DNA of 59,762 bases, from contig JAILFY010000225.1 in assembly GCA_024697285.1 (NCBI GenBank), positions 1 to 59,762 on the forward strand. The letters are read 5' to 3'. This document shows, one piece after another, positions 38,460-47,966 of this stretch (its first letter is position 1; every line of letters starts with the position of its first letter). The translations under genes were made by a program, and so were the position numbers. The notes beneath the pieces were generated by a model that was not told the origin of the DNA, made no database searches, and saw only the letters and a list, made by a program, of their open reading frames with translations. The stretch is from Bacteroidaceae bacterium (GTDB lineage: Bacteria > Bacteroidota > Bacteroidia > Bacteroidales > Bacteroidaceae).

Positions 38460-40277
38460 TTACTTATTCATTTCTATACCTTCAGTGGCCTCATTCTTGT
38501 AGATAACCTTCTGATTAAGGTTCGGATTGACTTTAATCTCTTCCTTGTTGTAGGGCCAGAAGAGGTGAGCCATGCTTGGGAAACCATTGTTGGAGCTGGC
38601 ACCACCCATGGTCTTGGACGAAGGAACGTTAGCCTTTACGATGTCCGTCTTACCCTCGCGTCGAGCGTAGCGAACGAGGTCGAACCAACGTTTGCCTTCG
38701 AACATCAGTTCGCGGTTGCGCTCCTGCATGAGGAAGGTGTTCATCAGCGCTCTGGTCGTCATGTTGGCAGCGGTGGGGGAGAGGTATTTGCTGTTGTCGG
38801 TGACGGAGCGGCGGTTGACGAGATAGATGAGGTCAAAGGCCTGGTTCATGAGAGCCGTGTTCTCCTCGCTGACTTCGTCGGTTGCCTTCTGCAACAGAGC
38901 TTCTGCTTCCATGAGCATGACGTCTGTCAGTCTGTAGAAAATCCAGTTGCGATTCAACTCGCTATCCAAAATGAAATTGCTGGCGTTGTAGTTGATAAAG
39001 GGCATCGTTGCGTTGCTCTGGTCGGAAGTGATGTTGAATTCCATGGCTACGCCTTTGCGAATTGTGCCTTCACCATACTCGCTATTGGCGGGCTTGACGT
39101 TGTTGTAGTAGCGAACGTCATACTGGTGGGGGTAGTAGGTGTAGCTGCGGCTGTAGACATCAGATACGATGTCGGGACGTGCCGTGAGATAACCGCTTCC
39201 GGAGTTTGAGGGGCCGATAGATGTGTCGGTGTTTCCGGTTCCGAAGAGGGTTGCCAGAGCGGAGCTCTTGACATAGTTCTTACTGCTGGAGCTGTAGTTG
39301 AAGCTCAGCTCAAAGATACTCTCGAAGCTGTTGCCTGTTCCGAAAATGGCATTGAACGACTGCGAGGGGTCCTGGCGTGTGTTCTGATAGAGATAAGCCA
39401 CGCGTCCGAAGGGAGCTCCGGTGATTTCTTTGGGAGTGTTCGAAATGGATGAACTTCCAGTCTGATTCCCGTAGAACTCATAGTAGTCAGAAGCCTTGGA
39501 TTTGATGATTTCCTCGGCGCAAGCGATACATTTGTCCCACTCGCCCGTCCAGAGATACATATCACACAGCATGGCGTCGATTCCATAACGGGTGATGCGG
39601 TTGCAGTTGCTGTTGTAGTCACGTCCGATGTTGTCCAGACTGCTCATGGGGTAGCGTGAGAGCGCGTCGTTCTTCACGTACTCGAGGTCCTTGATGATCT
39701 CATTGAGGACGTAGTTGAAGCTGTCGGGTGCGAGGTATTGCACTTCGTCCTCCTGCTGCACGCTTTCGCGGTAGAAAGGAACATCCTCAAAGGCGCGGAT
39801 GAGGTAGAAGTAGCAGAGGGAACGCAGGGCTGTCATCTCTGCAATGGTGGCTTTCACGTCGCTCTCCCTGTAGGAGGGGTCTTTCTCGCTGACGACGGGA
39901 GCCATGCGGATAATCGTGTTGCACTTGTTGATGACTGCATAGAAGCTGGACCAGTTCGTGAAGGAGCTGGTGGAGAGCAGGTTCTCGCGCAGTGCCTGAT
40001 AGAGGTCGTTATTATCGTTTTCCACGTTGGAACCCGGATAGATGTTGTCGCTGCGGAGTTCTCCCCATACTTCACATCTATTGATGAAGTCAGCGCTTTG
40101 CATGGAAGCGTAGCATCCAGCAACCATCTGGTCAACGTCCGTCTTCTCGTTCCAGAAGTTATCTTCTGTGACGATATCACGAGGCTCGATCTCCAGGAAG
40201 TCGGCACAACTGACTGCACCCAAAGCCATGATGGCTATAAGTGTGGCATTCTTTATATTTATATATAGGTGTCTCAT
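38460..40277 (-). CDS. SusD/RagB-family outer-membrane lipoprotein (605 aa)
   Basis: From ATG 40277: MRHLYINIKNATLIAIMALGAVSCADF. SusD-like helices (FYAVINKCNTIIR, LRSLCYFYLIRAFEDVPF; RWFDLVRY near the C-terminus). Confidence 0.88.
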   Translation of the reverse strand: MRHLYINIKNATLIAIMALGAVSCADFLEIEPRDIVTEDNFWNEKTDVDQMVAGCYASMQSADFINRCEVWGELRSDNIYPGSNVENDNNDLYQALRENLLSTSSFTNWSSFYAVINKCNTIIRMAPVVSEKDPSYRESDVKATIAEMTALRSLCYFYLIRAFEDVPFYRESVQQEDEVQYLAPDSFNYVLNEIIKDLEYVKNDALSRYPMSSLDNIGRDYNSNCNRITRYGIDAMLCDMYLWTGEWDKCIACAEEIIKSKASDYYEFYGNQTGSSSISNTPKEITGAPFGRVAYLYQNTRQDPSQSFNAIFGTGNSFESIFELSFNYSSSSKNYVKSSALATLFGTGNTDTSIGPSNSGSGYLTARPDIVSDVYSRSYTYYPHQYDVRYYNNVKPANSEYGEGTIRKGVAMEFNITSDQSNATMPFINYNASNFILDSELNRNWIFYRLTDVMLMEAEALLQKATDEVSEENTALMNQAFDLIYLVNRRSVTDNSKYLSPTAANMTTRALMNTFLMQERNRELMFEGKRWFDLVRYARREGKTDIVKANVPSSKTMGGASSNNGFPSMAHLFWPYNKEEIKVNPNLNQKVIYKNEATEGIEMNK

Positions 40278-40296
40278 ATCTTCATGTTGCTTTAGA

Positions 40297-43200
40297 TTAG
40301 AAACCAATGGTGAGGCCTACGGTGTAGGATTTAGAGCGCGGTGTCTGGCTGCCGTCGGTGGTGACGCCGTAGCCACCGTAACCGATTTCCGGATCCACGC
40401 CGGAATACTTCGTCAGGCAGAAGAGGTTGTTGGCGCTGGCGTAGAAGTTCAGTGTGGACATATTCCATCTCTTCAGCTTCTTGGGATCGAAGCTGTAGTT
40501 GATCTGCAGATAGTTCAGACGCAGGAATGTGCCGTCCTCTACGAAGCGGTCGCTGATAAGTGTGTTGTAGTTGGAGCCGCTACCGAACATAGCGCGTGGA
40601 ATGCTGGTGACGTCACCTTCCTTGCGCCAGCGATAGTTCACGGCCTCGCTCTGGTTGTTGTTGCTGATCATGGATTCCATGTCCAGACGAGCCATGTTCA
40701 GGATGTCGTAGTCTATACGATAGTTGAAGTTGGCTCTCAGGGCCCAACGGTCGTAGTGCAGTGTAAGACCGAAACCACCGGTGAGCTTCGGCAGAGAGTT
40801 GCCGAGGTACACGATATCAAGCTGGTTGATATTACCATCGTGGTTCACGTCTTCGTAGATGGCGTCGCCACCCTTGAAGGCATAGCCCGTACCCGTGGAA
40901 GTCTTGTAGGCGAAGCGCATCTGAATAGGATCTCCGTGAGCGTCGCGGACAAAAGTTCCGTCGGCGTTGGTCACGATAGGATAGGTCCATCCCTTCTGAT
41001 CCATGTTGGCTTGCAGCTGGTCCGTTCCTGCCTTGATGTCGGAGCGGGCGATGTCGCGGGCGGTGTCGTAGTTATATTGGTAAACGCCCTTGTAGCGGAA
41101 TCCGTAGATGGAACCGAACGGGTTGTTGAGCTGTACGCGCTGGAGCACGGAACGGTTGTTCTCTGTCCAGTCGATGTTCAAGCTGGCGAGCACCAGAGGA
41201 TCCATCTTTGTGATGACGTTGCGGTTGTTGGCGAAGTTGACGTAGGCGTCCATCCAGAATTTGCCCTTCTTGAGGAGGCGTTCGCCGTCGATCTGCAATT
41301 CCCAACCTTCGTTCTTCATGTCACCCACATTTCTGTAAGTGAGGCTGGACCAACCGTTGCTGGAAGGAATGCCGGAGTTGCTCATCAGCATGTCCTTGGT
41401 GGTACGGTGATAGAGGTCGACGACGAACTTCAGTCTGTCGTCGAAGAAGTGCAGGTTCACACCTAAGTTCCAGGTGATGATGTTCTCCCACTTGAGTTCG
41501 GTCAGCTTCAGTCCACTGGGGTTCATACTCACTTGATTCAGGTAGTTGGAACCTTGTGCGAAGCGGTTCATATACAGGTAGTCAGCACCCGGAGGGTTAC
41601 CCACGAGACCCCATCCCGGACGGATGGAGAACATGCTTACTTTAGCCTTCTCGCGTGCCCATTCCATCCAAGGTTCATCGATGATGTTCCAACGGCCGGA
41701 AACGGCGGGGAAGTAACCCCAGCGGTTGTTGGGACCGAACTTCGTGGTGGCGTCGATACGCATTGAGAAGTCAAACATGTAGCGGCTCTTGTAGCTGTAG
41801 TGAGTAGATAAGGTGTAGTAGAGAGAGCGCCATTCATTGAAGCCGCTGCTCATGGCGCTTACGAAGCCGCCGGAGGTGACGCTCTGCTGGCGTTCCGGCA
41901 GACGGTAGACATCTGTGCTCTGGCTGCTGGAGCTACCGCTGACGAGCTGGAAGCGTCCCATGGCCAGCAAGTAGTGGTCTTTGTTTTCGAAGTAAGGCTG
42001 GAAGGTCAGCGTGTGGGTGGTCGTGAAAGCCAGGTTCTTACGAGAATAGCTGTAGGCCGAACCGGAATCCCAGTAGTTGGTAGTTACCTGTGAGCTGGGG
42101 AAACTTTTGTCGGTGTAGTCGTTGTACACGTTCATCACCACGCGGCCGTTGTAGCGCAGTTGCGTGCTGTTGTCATCCAGACCCAGGAGCTTGTACTCCA
42201 GCTCCAGTTCGGGAGTGATATCGTAAGTCGTCTGGTCGTTCTTCGCAAATTTTGCACTCGACAGCGGGTTGTGCAGGTCACGTTGGTCTGTGAAGTTGTT
42301 CTGCTGCGCAGCCGTAAGTTGTCCGTAGTTGGTGAAGGCGTAGCGAGGAACGATGTAGTATTCACCCGTGTTGTATTCGTTGCCATTCTCGTCGTAGGCG
42401 TAGCGATAGGGCGAGAGGTTAGGCATCTTCGTGTAGGCGATACCGAGGAGACCATCGTAGTTACGATTGTTCTTCGTGTAGGTTAGTGCGAAGTTGGAGA
42501 TGATCTTGATGCGGTCGTTGACGTAGTAGTCCAGAGCCATACGCGTGCTGAAGCGGTTCAGCTTCTGCTCGATGATGGTACCTGTCTCGTGGTCATAACC
42601 GCCGGAGATGCGGAAGAGGGTCTTCTCGTCACCACCGGAGATGCTGACGTAGTGGTTCTGGCGCAGACCGTTTTGCTTCACGAGGTCCACCCAGTCGGTG
42701 TTCTTGTTGAACATCAGGAACTCGGAGTAGGACTCGTCGTAGTTGAGCTCATTGACCTGACCTACCCAGGGATCCAGCTGCGGATTGAAGTAGCTCTCTT
42801 TCAGAAGCATGGTGTAGTGGTCACCGTCGAGGAGCTTGATGCCCTCGGGCTGGTGTGTCATGGTCATCTTCAGGGAGTAGGTCACTTTTGGTTTGCCTCG
42901 TGAACCACGTTTTGTGGTGATCTCGATGACACCATTAGCACCCTGAGAACCCCAGATAGCTGTTGCGGCAGCATCCTTCAGCACCTTGATGTCGGCAATA
43001 TCCTCCGTGTTCACATTCAGCAACTGAGCGAATTTCTCGTCGTTGGCAGTGCTGACATCGAAGTCTGAGAGGTCCACGTTCCAAACGTTTCCGTTGACGA
43101 CGATGAGCGGTTCATTGGAGGTGAGGGTGGACACGGTGGTGGCGCCGCGCAGACGCATGCTGGTACCTGAGCCGAGGTCACCGGAGTTCATCACGATATC

Positions 43201-43674
43201 CAGACCGGCGATACGTCCTTGCAGGGCTTCGTCAACAGAAGTGATACCGAGACCCTCGAACTCCTTGGCGCTGATGCCCTGTGCCGAGAAGCTGACCTCT
43301 CGTTCGGGGATTTCCAGACCCGAAGTCTTCATCTTCTTCTTCACCACGACTTGCACTTCCTTCATCTGCTTGGTAGCGTCCTGCATGGTGATCTTATAGA
43401 CAGTCTTGTTGATAGGCAGCTGCTGGGTTTTGTAGCCCATGAAGCTGATGCGCAGTTTGTTTTTCGCACTCTTGATGGGGAGGACGAAATTACCATTCAT
43501 ATCGGTCACAGTGGCGTTGACGACACGATTAGAGGCGTCGACCTCAGCCACGCTGGCACCAGGGAGTACATCGATATCATCACTGATAGTACCACTGATG
43601 CGTGAAATCTGAGCCATTGCCAGAGAACTCACCAGCATGAGGCTAAGCGTTATATAATATCTTAATGTTTTCAT
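40297..43674 (-). CDS. SusC/RagA-family TonB-dependent outer-membrane transporter
   Basis: Signal peptide, N-terminal carboxypeptidase-regulatory-like domain, a plug (ALQGRIAGLDI..AIWGSQGANGVIEITTKRG), and a barrel ending in TVGLTIGF. Confidence 0.92.
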   Translation of the reverse strand: MKTLRYYITLSLMLVSSLAMAQISRISGTISDDIDVLPGASVAEVDASNRVVNATVTDMNGNFVLPIKSAKNKLRISFMGYKTQQLPINKTVYKITMQDATKQMKEVQVVVKKKMKTSGLEIPEREVSFSAQGISAKEFEGLGITSVDEALQGRIAGLDIVMNSGDLGSGTSMRLRGATTVSTLTSNEPLIVVNGNVWNVDLSDFDVSTANDEKFAQLLNVNTEDIADIKVLKDAAATAIWGSQGANGVIEITTKRGSRGKPKVTYSLKMTMTHQPEGIKLLDGDHYTMLLKESYFNPQLDPWVGQVNELNYDESYSEFLMFNKNTDWVDLVKQNGLRQNHYVSISGGDEKTLFRISGGYDHETGTIIEQKLNRFSTRMALDYYVNDRIKIISNFALTYTKNNRNYDGLLGIAYTKMPNLSPYRYAYDENGNEYNTGEYYIVPRYAFTNYGQLTAAQQNNFTDQRDLHNPLSSAKFAKNDQTTYDITPELELEYKLLGLDDNSTQLRYNGRVVMNVYNDYTDKSFPSSQVTTNYWDSGSAYSYSRKNLAFTTTHTLTFQPYFENKDHYLLAMGRFQLVSGSSSSQSTDVYRLPERQQSVTSGGFVSAMSSGFNEWRSLYYTLSTHYSYKSRYMFDFSMRIDATTKFGPNNRWGYFPAVSGRWNIIDEPWMEWAREKAKVSMFSIRPGWGLVGNPPGADYLYMNRFAQGSNYLNQVSMNPSGLKLTELKWENIITWNLGVNLHFFDDRLKFVVDLYHRTTKDMLMSNSGIPSSNGWSSLTYRNVGDMKNEGWELQIDGERLLKKGKFWMDAYVNFANNRNVITKMDPLVLASLNIDWTENNRSVLQRVQLNNPFGSIYGFRYKGVYQYNYDTARDIARSDIKAGTDQLQANMDQKGWTYPIVTNADGTFVRDAHGDPIQMRFAYKTSTGTGYAFKGGDAIYEDVNHDGNINQLDIVYLGNSLPKLTGGFGLTLHYDRWALRANFNYRIDYDILNMARLDMESMISNNNQSEAVNYRWRKEGDVTSIPRAMFGSGSNYNTLISDRFVEDGTFLRLNYLQINYSFDPKKLKRWNMSTLNFYASANNLFCLTKYSGVDPEIGYGGYGVTTDGSQTPRSKSYTVGLTIGF

Positions 43675-43686
43675 CTTCTGAGCCCT

Positions 43687-46626
43687 TTATTTGCGTTTTA
43701 CCTCGAAATCTGCTACAGGATAAGTGGGCTTGGGGAAGCCATCGGGTAGCAATTGGTCGTCGGAGTAGAGCAGCACATTGTCGATAGTGTGAACCACGAC
43801 GTATGCAGAGGAGTATATCCAACGATTCTTGTTGAATGCATATTGACGGGAGACAAGGTTGCTGTGGTCGCCAGCTACTACGTTGGCCACCTTGCCACGG
43901 GCATCGGTCACGGTGATAGCAGATCCCGAGTTGCCCACATTGAGTCGGCGGAAGAGGCTGGTGGCCTCGTCGTAGGCTGCTGTCTCATAGACGTTGCTCG
44001 TCTGCTCTCCTCCCAGGTAGATGGAGCCGTCCTGGATATGATAGCGTACGAAGTTCGTCTGCACAGAGTCGATGAAGGCCATGCAGCTCTTGGCTTTCGT
44101 CTCAATGCTGTCGTACTTCTCGTTCTCCAAGGTCTCGCGGTCAGCCCATTGCTGCTTGAGGACTTCGTCGTCCTTGTCAGCTGAGTTCTTGAAGTCGGTG
44201 TACAGAGAGTCGAAGATGTCCTTGATGACCTTAGCGCTGTCGATCACGCTCTGCCACTCGTCGTATTCCTCGATGGTGGGCAGCTTGTGCTTATCGATAA
44301 GTTCTTGGATCTTGTCATTCTGAGGTACGTAGATAGTATAGTGGTACTTGCTCAGGATATTGATACCATAGTTGATGTATGGGTAGTCAGCCGAACCGAA
44401 GTTCTTCGAGATGATGGAACTGCTGGGGCCAATCAACGTGGCGAAGAGCGAGAAGTCGGGGTGGCTGATGGTGTCGTGAAGGATGTCGTAGGGGGCGGTG
44501 AGTGTCGTCGAAGGGATGGAATCCAGGACGTAGGACACGCCGTTGCCGGCTTCCGTCTGGTCGAAGATCATGTCTTCCTTCACGGGGATGAAGGTGCCGC
44601 GTTCCATCTGTGCAGAGCCTGCAATGCCGGTCACCTTGGTGCCGGAGAATTGCACCTTGATGGGGCTTCCAGCCTTCGTCAGGTAGATTTCCTGTTCGGG
44701 GTGGAATGTCTGAGAACCTTTAGACCCATGCACGACGATGAGGTTGTCGAAGAAATCCGTCATGCGGTTGTTGATGAATCCGAGGCCCTTGGAGTCTGTG
44801 GAGGTAGGCTGGAAGGTGGCCGGTTCGTCCGTGACAATCATCTGGCCGCCAGTGGTGTCCACTACGAAGGCTTCTGCCGAGACGGGGAAGTTCTTGCTCT
44901 GGGAATCGATATAGTAGCGATAAGCCACCGGCTTCTTGTTGCTCAGGTTCTGTTCATAGATGCCATAAGGATCAATGATATTCGTGAACGCCTCGTCTTT
45001 CGGCAACAGGAAGCTGTAGGTGGAAGCCATAGAGTTCACGTAAGCCTGGTTCTCATAACCGGTCCAGTCCATGGTGTAGGCGTGTGTTGGTGGCTTATAA
45101 CGAGTATCGGATATGAAGCGATACATCACGCTGAGGTCCTGATCTTGTCGGAGGGTTACGGGGAAGAAGACGCTCTGGTGCTCAGGAGCGACGTAGACGT
45201 TGCTCATCTGGTACACCACGCCATTACATGCCATGAAGCAGCTGTCCACCTTATCTACGGTAAGACCCATGGGTTCGGACTGGGTGTCTTTCACGTTGTC
45301 GAACTTGCTGGGAGTAGAAGAGATAAGGCTGCTCTTCATGCAGTTGTTCAGGAAGGGGAGCACGATAGCATCGGGCACGTTATCCCAATTATAATTATAC
45401 TTGACACCGATGGGTTTGCCGTCGCCTTGTGTGATGTAGTAATTCATCCATTCGTCGGTGGGGACGAAGATGGCGGCACCATCGGTGTTAGCTGTGATTT
45501 GTTCGTTGGTAGTATTGATGCAGTAGGCATTCCATCCTGGATCCAGAGTCAGCACGCTGCTCAGAGGTGTCTCCGAGTCAGAGGGTGTGTCGAACGCGTT
45601 CTTGCCGTTGTTGAAGTAACGCTTCACGAAGATAGAGTCGCTGCGGCCTTCCACCTCGCGCATACCGATGAACTGCGGATAGCTGAAGCGCTCGAGCAGC
45701 GAACTGAAGATGCTGAACTGCGGTTTCGTGCGGATGATCTCTGCCATGTTGGGCAGCTGCTCGGGAACGGATTCCAGCACGTGGATGTAACCATTCTGGC
45801 AGGTGATGTCCTGCAGGAACTCCTTGGCCGAACCGTCGGTGTTCACATCCTTGTCCGGCCATCTGCCATCGTTCTCCGCCACAGGCAGACCATTGATGTA
45901 GCTGCGGTCGGTGGTCTGGCAGGCACCGTTGGTCAGCACCTGGATGTCCTGTTGCACGATGTCGTTGCTCGACATGAAGTCGGGCGTGAAGTGCACCATC
46001 GTCGGAGCGTTGTTGTCCTTATATAATAAGATGTTCGCGCGTCCGCGCACGTGACTCCAGTAGTCAATCACGGAAGTGTTGCCGGCGGTGTCGCTTTCTA
46101 TTCGAGCAGGGTTGTAGGGAGGCATCTCCGAGGCCAGCACTACGGGAATGGAATCGCTGATATCCACGCGGCTTGAGCGGCGCATGAACAATCCTTCTGT
46201 TGGAGGATCGCCAGGTTTGTTGCTCAGCAATTCGATGAGGTAGGCGTTGTTGATCATCGCACCTTTCAGCAGGTTCTTCTTTTCTGCCTTCGAAAGTTCG
46301 TTGACTGACGACACCCCACGTGCGTCCAGATACTTTTTCCATGCCGCATCATCGGCCACGAACAAGGTGAGGCTTCCCGTGCGGCGAAGCATCTCCGGAT
46401 AGTTCGTCTCCGAGAGGTCTGGGTCGTTGATGAGAGCCAGCGTCGTTTGGAAGTCGCCTCTGCTCTCCAGCTCTTCATAAATGCTGCTGCCCAACCATGT
46501 AGGAGTGCCTGTGAGCAAGTCGTCCGTACAGGACGTCCAGCTCAACGGTCCTCCGATGAGGAGCATTGCAGCAAACACTCGGCTTGCACCTTTGGCAAGC
46601 CTTCGCTTGAGAATACTGTTTTCCAT
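43687..46626 (-). CDS. Multi-FAS1-like lipoprotein, 979 aa, first gene of the operon
   Basis: Lipobox SWTSC followed by TDDL. Several FAS1-like motifs (SLTLFVADDAAWKKYL, AAIFVPTDEWMNYY, YSFLLPKDEAFTNI, YTIYVPQNDKIQELI). Confidence 0.7.
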   Translation of the reverse strand: MENSILKRRLAKGASRVFAAMLLIGGPLSWTSCTDDLLTGTPTWLGSSIYEELESRGDFQTTLALINDPDLSETNYPEMLRRTGSLTLFVADDAAWKKYLDARGVSSVNELSKAEKKNLLKGAMINNAYLIELLSNKPGDPPTEGLFMRRSSRVDISDSIPVVLASEMPPYNPARIESDTAGNTSVIDYWSHVRGRANILLYKDNNAPTMVHFTPDFMSSNDIVQQDIQVLTNGACQTTDRSYINGLPVAENDGRWPDKDVNTDGSAKEFLQDITCQNGYIHVLESVPEQLPNMAEIIRTKPQFSIFSSLLERFSYPQFIGMREVEGRSDSIFVKRYFNNGKNAFDTPSDSETPLSSVLTLDPGWNAYCINTTNEQITANTDGAAIFVPTDEWMNYYITQGDGKPIGVKYNYNWDNVPDAIVLPFLNNCMKSSLISSTPSKFDNVKDTQSEPMGLTVDKVDSCFMACNGVVYQMSNVYVAPEHQSVFFPVTLRQDQDLSVMYRFISDTRYKPPTHAYTMDWTGYENQAYVNSMASTYSFLLPKDEAFTNIIDPYGIYEQNLSNKKPVAYRYYIDSQSKNFPVSAEAFVVDTTGGQMIVTDEPATFQPTSTDSKGLGFINNRMTDFFDNLIVVHGSKGSQTFHPEQEIYLTKAGSPIKVQFSGTKVTGIAGSAQMERGTFIPVKEDMIFDQTEAGNGVSYVLDSIPSTTLTAPYDILHDTISHPDFSLFATLIGPSSSIISKNFGSADYPYINYGINILSKYHYTIYVPQNDKIQELIDKHKLPTIEEYDEWQSVIDSAKVIKDIFDSLYTDFKNSADKDDEVLKQQWADRETLENEKYDSIETKAKSCMAFIDSVQTNFVRYHIQDGSIYLGGEQTSNVYETAAYDEATSLFRRLNVGNSGSAITVTDARGKVANVVAGDHSNLVSRQYAFNKNRWIYSSAYVVVHTIDNVLLYSDDQLLPDGFPKPTYPVADFEVKRK

Positions 46627-46775
46627 TTAAAATTGTTAATATATGAATGTTTTGATTTCCTTTTGAGATAAACTCTTTTGTTGGGTGAATAATGCTGATT
46701 TCTTGGCTGTTACGTTGTAAATTTCTTTATTACATGTTAGTTAGCACTCGTGGGTACAAACCCACATATTTGCAA

Positions 46776-46783
46776 CAAAATTA
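46776..46783 (-). promoter_or_regulatory. Nearest candidate -7 box (TAATTTTG) for the FAS1-SusCD operon
   Basis: Plus-strand caaaatta, about 150 nt upstream of ATG 46626. I saw no clear -33 TTTG. Confidence 0.3.
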
Positions 46784-46970
46784 TAGCTTATTTCAGAAAC
46801 TTTATAAGAAAAAGGATAAAAATGTTTCGTCTTATGTTGAATAACATATAAATTTTGCAATTCTTCCTTAATTACAAGTCAAATATAGTGCAATTTAAGT
46901 GTACAAACTACCATTTTATCCTATTCTTCTTATGATTTTTCAGAAATGATTGTGTGGGGGGAAATAGTAT

Positions 46971-47424
46971 GGGCAGTCCCCCGTGCCAGCCCGAACAGCT
47001 GACAGGCTGTAAGTGTATACCCAGGTTTGTTGTTCGCAGTCTGGTCCGCCGGTATTTGTACGCCGTGACCGACGTTTGGGCTGGCACGGGGGGTCTGCCC
47101 CTACAGCGGCAGAAAATACGTGACGAAATAAACGCAAGGCGGAGCAAATACATCCGCTGTAGGGGCAGTCACCCGTGCCAGTCCGAACAGCCGACAGGCT
47201 GTAGGTATGCATTCAGGTTTGTTGTTTGTGACAACCATCTGATTGATTTGGATTGATTTGTTGTATTTTTCGCCGAAGGCGACTCAAAAAACACGGGGCT
47301 TGGCTTGTTGTCGCCACAGGACTACAGAAAAGGGGAGTGCCGCTGCGCGGCAGAAATCTCACGAATCAATATAAATCGAACAAGATAAACGATACAAACG
47401 TACAGCCTGTTGGCTGTTCGGGCT
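46971..47424. repeat. Cluster of GC-rich palindromic repeat elements (4 copies here, plus a fragment at 48108-48130)
   Basis: Copy 1 is 46971-47034 (direct), copy 2 is 47074-47109 (inverted), copy 3 is 47154-47226 (direct), and the core of copy 4 is 47401-47424 (inverted). The shared core is GTGCCAGYCCGAACAGCYRACAGGCTGTA and contains an ACAGCC/GGCTGT hairpin. Confidence 0.9.
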
Positions 47425-47657
47425 ATAACGCTACAAAGGAACTCATAAATATGCAAAAATTAACCTGTTTTTCTCCTCCCAAATCATTAATTTGTCAAAA
47501 AAATCATTCAATATACATTTTTACATCCTAAAATACATCATAAATACATCATATTAACCAAATGATTTTAAATCATTTAACCCATATTGAATGTAAAAAT
47601 GTATGGAAAACAATGTTCTCACGTGCGCGCGCGAGGATATTTCTCACAACCCTTGCT

Positions 47658-47790
47658 CCCTCTCTTGCCGATGCATCCAAATCAGAAATACCCTCAACCG
47701 GAAACCTATTCACATCCGCCTTCACCCTCTTTCCGATGCATCCAAATCAGATTTACCCACAACCGAAAACTTATTAACCTCTATCTGTCT
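47658..47790 (+). repeat. Direct repeat x2, about 65 bp
   Basis: ccgatgcatccaaatcaga occurs at 47668-47686 and 47733-47751, with similar flanks on both sides. Confidence 0.85.
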
Positions 47791-47890
47791 CGCTCAACAC
47801 CCTCCATTCAGGATAACTACCACTCTCCCCACCCTTGTATAGTTCCATGTTTCAACAGGTCCTAACCCTTGTTTTAACAGGCTACACCCT

Positions 47891-47966
47891 CTTCTTTGTT
47901 CGGTCATGTTCGAACCATTGTTCGATCATGTTCGAACAAACGTTCGATCATGACCGAACATAGAAG
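47891..47966. promoter_or_regulatory. Three 22-bp-phased imperfect palindromes (GTTCGRTCATGNNCGAAC) inside an 18-bp outer inverted repeat; a candidate protein-binding array
   Basis: Units TGTTCGGTCATGTTCGAAC (47897), TGTTCGATCATGTTCGAAC (47919) and CGTTCGATCATGACCGAAC (47941). Outer arms cttctttgttcggtcatg (47891-47908) and catgaccgaacatagaag (47949-47966) match at 17 of 18 positions. Confidence 0.6.

Noticed and set aside
47930-47950. AAACGTTCGA resembles the ARACGTWCGT inverted-repeat consensus of Mpi-controlled invertible promoters in Bacteroides fragilis.
   Set aside because: It matches only 9 of 10 positions. I found no inverted partner copy at invertible-promoter distance, and there is no serine or tyrosine recombinase gene in the window. 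The local 22-bp-phased palindromes explain the sequence better.
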